DNA of 64,000 nt, taken from contig JBJEDW010000083.1 in the NCBI GenBank assembly GCA_051872415.1, positions 750-64,749 on the forward strand, read 5' to 3'. Origin of the DNA: Bacilli bacterium. GTDB lineage: Bacteria; Bacillota_I; Bacilli_A; RF39; UBA660. The notes beneath the pieces are model-generated. The model ran no database searches, was not told where the DNA came from, and saw only the letters and a program-made list of their open reading frames with translations. The translations under genes were made by a program, and so were the position numbers. Within the stretch, counting starts at the first letter, position 1. Each line of letters opens with the position of its first letter. Below, one piece after another: positions 44,851 through 53,326 of this stretch.

Positions 44851-46692
44851 TTAATAGAAAAGATATTTTTTCATGGTATCAACATTAGAAAAACCATTTA
44901 TTTTTATTCTAGGAATTGCATATTGAGAGCTTTTTCTTGTAGCATAAGTAGATGGACTAAATCTGAATCCTAATAAAATTCCACTTTCTTTTGCTACATC
45001 TTGTAAATCTTTAGTATAAGCTCCATATGGATAAGCCATATATTTAAAGCCATATTTTTTATTTAACTCAAAATCTTCTCTTATTTGATCTTTAGTCATA
45101 TTTTTCACATGTTGTTTACCATTATTGTCATAAAAATGAAAATTATAACTATGACTTTGAAAATCATGATTTGGATACTCTGTTTTAGCCTTATCAATTA
45201 CATCTTGTGATAAAAATGCTCTTTCCGATTCATTATAAGGACCACTTTCTTGCTCTTGGGTTCTAGAACCCACTACAAAAGTAGTTCCTTTAAATCCATA
45301 CTTATGTAGCAAGGGCATAACTAAATAATAGTCATCTAAATTACCATCATCAAAAGTTAAAACAACTGTTTTCTTAGGGAAATTGCACTTTCCTTTATAC
45401 CAACAATAAAATTGATCTAAATTAATAGTTTTGTAACCATTATCATATAAATATTCGATTTGACTGGTAAAGACATCATAAGAATGAGTCCATTCATCAT
45501 TTAAAAATTTTGTTTGTTTTAATTCATCTGAAACTATTCTATGAAAAGTTAAAACAGGAATTTTAGTAGCATATTCATTTTGCATTTTAGTATAGGTACT
45601 ACAAATATAGCCAGTTCTTTGATTTATATTAACTTTATAATAACCGTCTTTACAATTATAACCTTCATATTTATTCAAATTTGCAACAACTATTTTTTGG
45701 TCATTTTCTAACGATGTAATTCTATATTTAGCATTAGTTGAAGTATAAATATTAGTGGTTTTGTTTGTGTAAGTAGTTATAGATGAACTAGAAACAAGAT
45801 TACTACAGATATAACCATATTTTTTATATAATTTTATTTTATAAAATCCTGCATTACAACCAATGCCTCTGTATTTGCTTGAACCAACAATTGATATAGC
45901 AGAACCATATTTAATGGTAAAAAGTTTTTTTGATTTAGTTGAAGCACTACTCCTAATATTAGCACCACTTTTGTTTGTAACTACAAAATTGTATTTAGTA
46001 TTTAAAGCATTTGCCTTTTCAATATATTCTTTTTTTCCTTTATAATAAATTGCATAATATTGTTTATTTTTATAGGTATAAATTTTATTACTATATAATG
46101 TAAATGGTTGATTATACTTTGCAATTCCAATTATATTCTTTTTAGTAATGCTAGAATAAATATTGGCAGTATTACTAGTAACTATTACATTACTATTTGT
46201 AGTATAATATGAAACATTACTACTACAAACATATTTAGTATAACCATCATAATTAACCTTATAAAGACCGCTTTTACAAAAGTTCGACTTATACTTTGTA
46301 CTATCAATAACAGTGAATGCTGTTTTTGAAACATCAATTTTATTTAAATTACTACTAGTGCTAGCATACAAAGTAGTTTTTTTATTAGTAGTATGAACTG
46401 TTGGATTAGAAAAACTAATTCCAGTACTACAAACATACCTAATATAGCCTTTATAATTAATTTGATACCACCCAGATAAACACCCACTTCTAGAAGCAAT
46501 AACAGATGTATTCGTAACAGTAACATTATCGTTATAATTCAAACTATCGGATAGTTTATAATTAGTACCAGGTCCTGTTCTTACGTTTAAGCCTGCTCCA
46601 TTAATAACTCTTGCTACTTCAAGTGCTTGACAATCGGAAATAAACAAAAAACTAAGCAAGCAAAAAAATAAACAAACCAAAAACTTTTTCAT
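44851..46692 (-). CDS. Secreted cell-wall-binding polysaccharide deacetylase (about five SH3b-like repeats + NodB domain)
   Basis: Signal peptide. Repeated ~70-aa units end C..G.Y(K/Q)(V/I)N..G..(Y/R)(V/I)CS. The C-terminal NodB homology domain has VLTFDDG...; H.Y.H; YPYG. Confidence 0.8.
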   Translation of the reverse strand: MKKFLVCLFFCLLSFLFISDCQALEVARVINGAGLNVRTGPGTNYKLSDSLNYNDNVTVTNTSVIASRSGCLSGWYQINYKGYIRYVCSTGISFSNPTVHTTNKKTTLYASTSSNLNKIDVSKTAFTVIDSTKYKSNFCKSGLYKVNYDGYTKYVCSSNVSYYTTNSNVIVTSNTANIYSSITKKNIIGIAKYNQPFTLYSNKIYTYKNKQYYAIYYKGKKEYIEKANALNTKYNFVVTNKSGANIRSSASTKSKKLFTIKYGSAISIVGSSKYRGIGCNAGFYKIKLYKKYGYICSNLVSSSSITTYTNKTTNIYTSTNAKYRITSLENDQKIVVANLNKYEGYNCKDGYYKVNINQRTGYICSTYTKMQNEYATKIPVLTFHRIVSDELKQTKFLNDEWTHSYDVFTSQIEYLYDNGYKTINLDQFYCWYKGKCNFPKKTVVLTFDDGNLDDYYLVMPLLHKYGFKGTTFVVGSRTQEQESGPYNESERAFLSQDVIDKAKTEYPNHDFQSHSYNFHFYDNNGKQHVKNMTKDQIREDFELNKKYGFKYMAYPYGAYTKDLQDVAKESGILLGFRFSPSTYATRKSSQYAIPRIKINGFSNVDTMKKYLFY

Positions 46693-46750
46693 ACTTACAC
46701 CACCAAATATATTCTTCTTACTATATTATATAACTATTAAATTTTTTTAT

Positions 46751-46925
46751 AAATAAAAAAGCCAGAGAATATATAACGAAAACCTGTTTATGTACAGGTG
46801 GTAAATCACATAATGTCTTTAGGATTCTTAAAACTAAATTTAAGCATTCACACCGAACATTAATTAGATTCCCTTATCGTTGCTTGTACGGTTTAACAAT
46901 AATATCCTCTGACAATTATATTGTA
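46751..46925 (-). promoter_or_regulatory. Candidate structured 5' leader (riboswitch/attenuator-like) of the deacetylase gene, with promoter
   Basis: Extended -10 TGtTACAAT at 46920-46928. A 12-bp long-range helix (46902-46913 with 46761-46772) pairs fully only on the minus strand: its two G-U pairs would be A-C mismatches on the plus strand. A T6 run follows it immediately. Inside are the hairpins ACCTGT-n6-ACAGGT (46782-46799) and CTTAAA-n6-TTTAAG. Confidence 0.35.
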
Positions 46926-46970
46926 ACAAATATTTGATAGTAAGACAAGAGGTAGACAATCTACTTTACA

Positions 46971-47780
46971 CTAATATTTTTCTAAAAATGAATGATTTTC
47001 ATCTTTTGTTTTATATCCAAGTACAGCATCTAAGTTTATATTTTCACTACTTTTTAAAATATGTATATCTATGTTTTTATCTATTTTTCTTAAAGAAGAT
47101 ATCAATTCTTTTATTTCTTTTCTTTTACCAAGCTTTTTTTGAGTAATAGTGCAAGCACAATCTAAGAATTCTAACTCACAATAATTCTTCCATGAGATTA
47201 TATCAGTTTCTTTTACAAAGTATAATGGTCTAATAAGTTCCATATCAGAAAAATTAGTACTTTTTAATTTAGGCATCATTGTTTTATATTCTCCAGCATA
47301 AATAATATTTAAAAGAATTGTTTCTATTACATCATCAAAGTGATGCCCAAGTGCTATTTTATTGCATCCTAACTCTTTTGCTTTTGCATATAAAGAACCC
47401 CTTCTTTTTCTAGCACACATATAACAAATGGAATCAGTATCTTTTATTTTTTCAAAAATATTACTTTTATAGATAACTCCAGGAATGGCTAATTTTTTTA
47501 AATTTTCTTTTATCTTTTCTAAATTTTCTTTTGTATAACCTGGGTCCATTACAATAAATTTCAATTCAAATTGGTATTTACTATGTTTTTTCATCTCTTG
47601 CATACATTTAGCGAGCAAAAATGAATCTTTACCACCAGAGATACATACTGCTATTTGATCTCCATTTTTAACCATTTCATATTCTTTTATACCTTTTAAA
47701 AATCTACCATAGATTTTTCTTTTATAAGTTTTTATTATACTTCTTTCCATATCTTTTAATTCCATATTATCACCGCACAA
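46971..47780 (-). CDS. ttcA: PP-loop ATPase, TtcA-like tRNA thiolation enzyme
   Basis: PP-loop VCISGGKDS, Cys motifs (CYMCARKRRG; LDCAC), and GHHFDD. Confidence 0.75.
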   Translation of the reverse strand: MCGDNMELKDMERSIIKTYKRKIYGRFLKGIKEYEMVKNGDQIAVCISGGKDSFLLAKCMQEMKKHSKYQFELKFIVMDPGYTKENLEKIKENLKKLAIPGVIYKSNIFEKIKDTDSICYMCARKRRGSLYAKAKELGCNKIALGHHFDDVIETILLNIIYAGEYKTMMPKLKSTNFSDMELIRPLYFVKETDIISWKNYCELEFLDCACTITQKKLGKRKEIKELISSLRKIDKNIDIHILKSSENINLDAVLGYKTKDENHSFLEKY

Positions 47781-47826
47781 CTATTATAATATAAAATTAT
47801 TAAAAAAAATAGTATAGAATTCCATA

Positions 47827-49134
47827 CTATTTTAAAATATTTATCATTTCATCAATAGTTACTTTATTTTGCTCTCCTGTTTCCATATTTTTTAAAGTAA
47901 CTTTTTCTTCTTTTTCTTCGTCCTCACCAATTATACAAACATATGGTATACCAAGTCTATTAGCATATTTTAATTTTTGTTTTAAACCTTTTTCTTCATA
48001 ATATACATCACAAATTATATTTTTATCTCTTAAAGATGTACTTACTTTTAAAGCATAATTCATGTTTTCTTTAGCAAATGGTACCACAAGGACTTTTGAT
48101 AAAGTTTTTTTATTACTTTTGATTATTCCAGCTTCTTTTAGTTGATAAAATAATCTAGTAAGCCCAATGGAAATTCCTACTCCTTTTAGGCTTTTTTCTG
48201 TGTAATAACAAGTTAAGTTATCATATCTTCCACCAGAACAAACACTACCTAAAGATGGATAATCATCTAATATTGTTTCATATACAGTACCTGTATAATA
48301 ATCAAGTCCTCTGGCAATGGTAAGATCAATTATGTAAAACGATTCATCTAAACCAAATGAAATTACTTTTTCAATGACACTTTTTAGTTCTTCTAGACCT
48401 GTATTAAATAATTCATTTTCTAGTTTTAAGTTTTCTAATGCTGTTAATTTTTCATTATTTGTTCCTTTAATACTTAAAAAATCTACTATTTTCTTAATTT
48501 GATCTTCGTTAACTGAAAGTTCTTTTAATTCTTTAATCACTTCTTCTATTCCTATTTTTTCTAACTTATCTATTATTCTTAAAACATCACTTGCTTTTGT
48601 TTGAAGATTTAAGCTTTCAAAGAAACCATTTAATAGTTTTCTGTTATTTATACGGATGGTAAATTTTCCAAAATCTAATTTTTTAAATATATTATAAATA
48701 ATAGTAGGAATTTCTGCATCATAAACAATATCAAGATTTTCTCCAATTACATCAATATCACATTGATAAAACTCTCTAAATCTTCCTTTTTGAGGCCTTT
48801 CACCACGATAAACTTTTCCAATTTGATATCTTTTAAATGGAAAAACTAAGTCATTATATCTTTGTGAAGCATATCTTGCAAGAGGAACAGTTAAATCAAA
48901 TCTTAATGAGATATCATTTTCACCTTTCTTAAAACGATAAATTTGCTTTTCGGTTTCTCCTCCGGCTTTTGCTAGTAAAACATCTGAATATTCTAGTACT
49001 GGAGTATCAAGTGGTAAAAAACCAAAACTTTCATAAGTATTTCTTATTGTATCAACCATTTCATTAAAAAGAATTTGGTCTTCTGGTAAAAGTTCCATAA
49101 AACCAGGCATTATTTTTGGGGTTACTTTTTTCAT
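47827..49134 (-). CDS. hisS: Histidine--tRNA ligase
   Basis: Class II motifs (RFDLTVPLARY; FKRYQIGKVYRGERPQKGRFREFYQCDID; GGRYD...GISIG) and a C-terminal anticodon-binding domain. Confidence 0.85.
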   Translation of the reverse strand: MKKVTPKIMPGFMELLPEDQILFNEMVDTIRNTYESFGFLPLDTPVLEYSDVLLAKAGGETEKQIYRFKKGENDISLRFDLTVPLARYASQRYNDLVFPFKRYQIGKVYRGERPQKGRFREFYQCDIDVIGENLDIVYDAEIPTIIYNIFKKLDFGKFTIRINNRKLLNGFFESLNLQTKASDVLRIIDKLEKIGIEEVIKELKELSVNEDQIKKIVDFLSIKGTNNEKLTALENLKLENELFNTGLEELKSVIEKVISFGLDESFYIIDLTIARGLDYYTGTVYETILDDYPSLGSVCSGGRYDNLTCYYTEKSLKGVGISIGLTRLFYQLKEAGIIKSNKKTLSKVLVVPFAKENMNYALKVSTSLRDKNIICDVYYEEKGLKQKLKYANRLGIPYVCIIGEDEEKEEKVTLKNMETGEQNKVTIDEMINILK

Positions 49135-49173
49135 ATTATCATCCTTTCTATATAAAAGTAAAAGCAGGTTTAA

Positions 49174-49734
49174 TTACACTGCTTCTTTTTTTAATACTCT
49201 TTGAATTCCTTTTGTTTGTTCTTTTATTTCTATAGAGTCCTCTAAATAATTATCTATTGATGTAACATTATCTAAAGTTCTAGTATCTTCTGGAGTTACT
49301 AATCTATAATCTTCTTCATACGAAATTTCAGTTCCTGTATAAAATCTATTTTTTATATCGTTATAATTTTCAACAGCTTCGATCAATTTTGATTTATTTA
49401 TATTACTAAGTGCTGGATTTTTTGCATCACTTGAATCTTTCACTTGCATATATACATCATATAATTGACTATAAGTTTTATCTATATCTTCACTACTTCC
49501 TAGAAAAATACTTAAATTCAAAAGAGCTTGTTTAGTGAAATCTTCTATTTTTTGCTTTTCATCTAAACTGTGTATTTCAACAAATCTTTCAGGTTTATAA
49601 TAAATAGGTTTTTCATCTTTGCTATAATATAAATTGTAATAAGGTCCTGTAAAAAAACTATAATTACCCTCGACAAAAAAGTATTTTTTTTCATCTCTAT
49701 TTAATATAAATGTACTTGGTCTTTCTTGTTTCAT
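49174..49734 (-). CDS. Hypothetical cytoplasmic protein
   Basis: I place the start at ATG 49734 (MKQERPSTF...), which has GGGGGA 7 nt upstream, rather than the track start at 49761. No recognisable domain. Lies 39 nt upstream of hisS. Confidence 0.5.
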   Translation of the reverse strand: MKQERPSTFILNRDEKKYFFVEGNYSFFTGPYYNLYYSKDEKPIYYKPERFVEIHSLDEKQKIEDFTKQALLNLSIFLGSSEDIDKTYSQLYDVYMQVKDSSDAKNPALSNINKSKLIEAVENYNDIKNRFYTGTEISYEEDYRLVTPEDTRTLDNVTSIDNYLEDSIEIKEQTKGIQRVLKKEAV

Positions 49735-49846
49735 ATTAATTCCCCCAGTCATGAATGTCACGTTTTTTATTGCTCTTATATTCTAACACTAAAAGGAGAA
49801 ATTGTCAATATTTGACACTACTTTTTAGGGATTTTCTATAATTTTT

Positions 49847-51520
49847 TTAACGACCTCCGCCTCCTCCGAAGCCTCCGCCACCGAAAGAACCGAAACCTCC
49901 GCCACCGGATGAGAATCCTCCACCACCGGAATCATAAGATTCTGCACGCGATTTTGCATTTCCAGCACTATTCATACCAGTATAAGATACAAAATATATA
50001 AAATCTAAATCTTCCATATAATTATCTGGTATCATATCTGGATAAATATCTTTAAAGTCTTTAGCAACTTTGTCTGCTATTCCAAAGATTTGAGCAAAGA
50101 TTAAATATTCTTGCCACATATGTACTTCGATAGGATTCTTTTCATAAATTCGTGAAAAGTCTTCTAAAAATTTCTTTAACCCTTTTAACTGTATTGCTTC
50201 TTGAAACAATAAATCAGTAGTTTGATATTTATTAGTTGATAATTTTGTTAACTTACCTTCCCCTTCAAGTTTTTCAGTTTCAAAATCTAAAATTTTACTA
50301 AACCAGTTATAGAGCTCAGTATAATGTGCTTCAGCCCAAATCTTAAATTCCTTAGCCTCAAGTATTCCATCTAAACTTGCTTCATAAAGCATACTATATA
50401 ATTCTTTTTCAAAATATAATTCAAACTCTAAATTTTGCTTTAAAATAATTGAAGATTTTTCTTTTTTAAATATACCTTCTTTTATCTCTTTTTTTATTTC
50501 TATTTTGCCTTCCTTTATCCATTTTAAAAGTACTGCTCCGAGAAGATTGGTATCTTTTTTAGTTAATTTATAAGTTTTACTTATCCAGTATGCTTTATAT
50601 AGATCTTTATCACATGGTATATCTCTAAAATAATTAACTTCTTTTGGAAGCTTTCTGCTAGTTTTACCAAATTTTATTTTTTTAGATCCAGTCATATTTA
50701 TAGCAAATTTTTTAATACCTCCGATAAAAAATACTACAAAAATTATAACGCATGGTATAAAAAAGTCTAGAAATGATGATGATGACTCTTCATAACTTGT
50801 TGCACCTTTATTAGCCATATCTAAATAATAATCAAAGTCTTCATCTAATGTATTGTTATTAGTAAAAGTATCTTTCGGAAATTTTACTAAAATTGTCATA
50901 TATTCATCACTAGTAAGTGCTCCATCGTTAGACATTTCTATATATCCATCATAAACATAAGCATATCCTCCGTAGTTACCATATCCCCAGACAGGAAGAT
51001 CTGCGTCATATTTAAAATCACTATATATTTTAATATAAACTTTTTCTGGAGAATCGTTTAGTTTTTCTGGTATTAAAGTCCAATAAACCATATCAGCATC
51101 TGATACTTTTGCTACAAAGTTAGTGATATCATAAGTTATTTTATAATTATTTGTTTTTCCTTTTTCACTTATTCCCCAGCAAAGTTCTATACCATCATCT
51201 ATATAATTAAAACCATTTTTATATTTTTTATAATTAAAATCTTCATCTATGTCCCAATTATCGACATAAGTATAATTATTATTATTTAAACTAACTTTAA
51301 AGTTTTTAAATTCTGAATTTCCATAATTATAATATGGCTTATATACTTCAGTTAAATCTTCATCTTTATCAAAATATATTTTCCAGTTTTCTGTAACATG
51401 AGCAGTGCCATCTTGAGATAATTTTATATCCATATTGATTTCTTTTATATCTTGAGCATTAACATTTCCTATAAGAAATATTGATATTAGTAATATTACA
51501 ATATATTTAATTTTCTTCAT
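49847..51520 (-). CDS. DUF2207-family membrane protein with a Gly-rich C-terminal tail
   Basis: Signal peptide, ~230-aa extracytoplasmic domain, TM segment, cytoplasmic helical domain, and tail SGGGGFSSGGGGFGSFGGGGFGGGGGR. Paired with lemA, as is usual for this family. Confidence 0.7.
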   Translation of the reverse strand: MKKIKYIVILLISIFLIGNVNAQDIKEINMDIKLSQDGTAHVTENWKIYFDKDEDLTEVYKPYYNYGNSEFKNFKVSLNNNNYTYVDNWDIDEDFNYKKYKNGFNYIDDGIELCWGISEKGKTNNYKITYDITNFVAKVSDADMVYWTLIPEKLNDSPEKVYIKIYSDFKYDADLPVWGYGNYGGYAYVYDGYIEMSNDGALTSDEYMTILVKFPKDTFTNNNTLDEDFDYYLDMANKGATSYEESSSSFLDFFIPCVIIFVVFFIGGIKKFAINMTGSKKIKFGKTSRKLPKEVNYFRDIPCDKDLYKAYWISKTYKLTKKDTNLLGAVLLKWIKEGKIEIKKEIKEGIFKKEKSSIILKQNLEFELYFEKELYSMLYEASLDGILEAKEFKIWAEAHYTELYNWFSKILDFETEKLEGEGKLTKLSTNKYQTTDLLFQEAIQLKGLKKFLEDFSRIYEKNPIEVHMWQEYLIFAQIFGIADKVAKDFKDIYPDMIPDNYMEDLDFIYFVSYTGMNSAGNAKSRAESYDSGGGGFSSGGGGFGSFGGGGFGGGGGR

Positions 51521-51587
51521 AAAAAGTCCTCCATTTATAATATTATATTATAACATAAAAAGAACTTACACAAGGTAAGTCCAATTA

Positions 51588-52139
51588 TTAAAAGCTAACT
51601 TTTGGAGCTTCCTTATCTTTTTCATCTGCTTCAAAAAAGCTTGCCTTTTTAAATCCGGTCATGTTTGCTACAATATTAGAAGGAACCATTTCTACTTTAT
51701 TATTATATGTAAGTACTGAATCATTATAAAATTGTCTAGCATAAGAAATTTTATCTTCTGTATCTTTCAAATCATTTTGAAGTGATAAGAAATTTTGATT
51801 TGCTTTTAACTCAGGATAATTTTCTGAAAGTGCAAATAATTTTGAAAGTGCTTCAGTAACTGCTCCACTTGCTTTCATTTCTTCTTCTGGAGTTTTAGCA
51901 CTCACATATGTATTACGTGCTTTTATTACTTCTTCAAAGGTTCCCTTTTCATGTTTTGCATATCCTTTTACAGTTTCAACAACATTTGGAATTAGATCCG
52001 CCCTTCTTTTTAATTGTACTTCTATTTGTGACCATTGATCATCTTTTTTGTTTCTTAAAGTAATTAATTTGTTATAAGTTGCGAAAAACCATATAACTAA
52101 AATTAATACAATTGCTCCAATTATGATACCTACTATCAT
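51588..52139 (-). CDS. lemA: LemA-family protein
   Basis: N-terminal TM segment followed by YNKLITLRNKKDDQWSQIEVQLKRRADLIPN...YPELKANQNF..LQ..L..TE..I..AR..YN. Confidence 0.85.
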   Translation of the reverse strand: MIVGIIIGAIVLILVIWFFATYNKLITLRNKKDDQWSQIEVQLKRRADLIPNVVETVKGYAKHEKGTFEEVIKARNTYVSAKTPEEEMKASGAVTEALSKLFALSENYPELKANQNFLSLQNDLKDTEDKISYARQFYNDSVLTYNNKVEMVPSNIVANMTGFKKASFFEADEKDKEAPKVSF

Positions 52140-52240
52140 TTAATCATCTCCTTTTATTAAAGTATACTAAAGTAAATCTTTTTTTTCAACATTTTTAGTA
52201 TATTTTTTGATCTTATTTACATAATAGTAATGGTGATAGA

Positions 52241-52450
52241 ATGGATTTAGATATTAGGAAAAATGTTATTTCTAAAATTAAAGACGATGATGAAAAAAGT
52301 ATTATTGCTATGATCAATGAATCAGTAATTACAAGTGATGAGCTTATTTTACCAGGACTTGGGGTTTTGATGGAACTTTTTTGGAATGATTTGGGTGATA
52401 ATGAAAAAATGAATATTGCTAATATTATCAAAAATAATATTAATAAATAA
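52241..52450 (+). CDS. sspI: Small acid-soluble spore protein I
   Basis: 69 aa. MDLDIRKNVI...LPGLGVLMELFW...EK matches B. subtilis SspI as I recall it (MDLNLRHAVI...LPGLGVLFEVIW...EK). Confidence 0.65.
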   Translation: MDLDIRKNVISKIKDDDEKSIIAMINESVITSDELILPGLGVLMELFWNDLGDNEKMNIANIIKNNINK

Positions 52451-52500
52451 AAGACCTTTGATGTTAACCTTGGGTAGATTCATCATTAAGGTCTTTTATT
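52449..52500. terminator. Bidirectional intrinsic terminator between sspI and smr
   Basis: 10-bp stem AAAAGACCTT/AAGGTCTTTT (52449-52458 / 52488-52497) with an inner TGATG/CATCA helix. T-runs are present on both strands. Confidence 0.55.
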
Positions 52501-52529
52501 ATGCTTTTACATATTTTAAATATAAGTAT

Positions 52530-52790
52530 TTAAAACAATTCAACAATAGTTGTTCCAGGATTAAAAATATCTGTTTTATATGATTTAACCCCTTTTTTTG
52601 TTTTTAAAAACTTATGAATATTTTCTTTTAAAATACCTTCTCCTATTCCATGGATTATAACAATTAGTTTATTACCGAGTTTTAAGTTATTATTTATAAA
52701 CTCTTCTGTTAAAACTATTGCACTATATCTATTTTCTCCATGTAAGTCAAGAGTTGGTAAATTTTTATATAAAATATAATTATCTATCAT
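52530..52790 (-). CDS. Stand-alone Smr-domain protein
   Basis: 86 aa. LDLHG...IIHGIGEGILK is the Smr core. Overlaps the nrdG stop by 4 nt. Confidence 0.7.
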   Translation of the reverse strand: MIDNYILYKNLPTLDLHGENRYSAIVLTEEFINNNLKLGNKLIVIIHGIGEGILKENIHKFLKTKKGVKSYKTDIFNPGTTIVELF

Positions 52791-53326
52791 ACGAATAAAG
52801 TCTTTCTTTTTTTTGTTTCTTTTTTATCATATTTTTTTATTATTCTAGTTTTTCCATCTTTTAAAGATTTTGGAACATTAATAAGTCTTTGATTAGTGGA
52901 ACCTCGGAATTTAATATTTAAACTTTTGTTTTCTAATTCAAATTTTCCATCTACTAAGACATCTATATAATTTAAAAGTTCTTTTGCATCACTTGACTTT
53001 AATAAGTCTTCAAAAAGAAAACCAGTATAAGCCCAGACATTAAGTCCTTGTTCTTTGGCGAATTTGGCTATTTCTGCAGAAGCTTTAGCTTGAAAAAATG
53101 GATCTCCACCGGACAAGGTTATACCATCTTGTAGTCTTAATTTTTTGATTTCTTCTTTTATTTTGCTTATTTCTACTTCTATTCCCTTATTAAAATCATG
53201 TGTTTCTGGATTGTGACATCCCTTACAGTTGTGAGAACATCCTTGAGTCCAAATAACTGCTCTTAAACCTTCGCCATCTACTATGCTGTCTGTTAGAATA
53301 TTGTCATCTGCAAGTCTTATTTTCAT
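52787..53326 (-). CDS. nrdG: Anaerobic ribonucleotide reductase activating protein (radical SAM)
   Basis: CSHNCKGCHN cluster motif and GITLSGGDPF. Confidence 0.9.
   Translation of the reverse strand: MKIRLADDNILTDSIVDGEGLRAVIWTQGCSHNCKGCHNPETHDFNKGIEVEISKIKEEIKKLRLQDGITLSGGDPFFQAKASAEIAKFAKEQGLNVWAYTGFLFEDLLKSSDAKELLNYIDVLVDGKFELENKSLNIKFRGSTNQRLINVPKSLKDGKTRIIKKYDKKETKKRKTLFV

Noticed and set aside
46751-46925. Possible c-di-AMP (ydaO-type) or c-di-GMP riboswitch upstream of the cell-wall deacetylase gene
   Set aside because: The context fits, and there are GGGAATC/AGAATCC-like words. However, the conserved cores I remember are absent: ACGGGGGACCC and CAGCUAACC for ydaO, and ACGCAAAGC or ACGCACAG for the c-di-GMP classes. 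I kept it only as an unclassified leader candidate.
49135-49846. T-box leader for hisS
   Set aside because: The gap upstream of hisS is 39 nt. The region upstream of the preceding gene (49762-49846) is 85 nt and has no specifier-loop or T-box (AGGGUGGNACCGCG-like) sequence.
49847-49935. Tandem CCGCC(T/A)CC / GAANCC DNA repeats that look like a short repeat array
   Set aside because: They are the coding sequence of the Gly-rich tail (GGGGF...) of the DUF2207 protein on the minus strand. This is not a CRISPR or a non-coding repeat.
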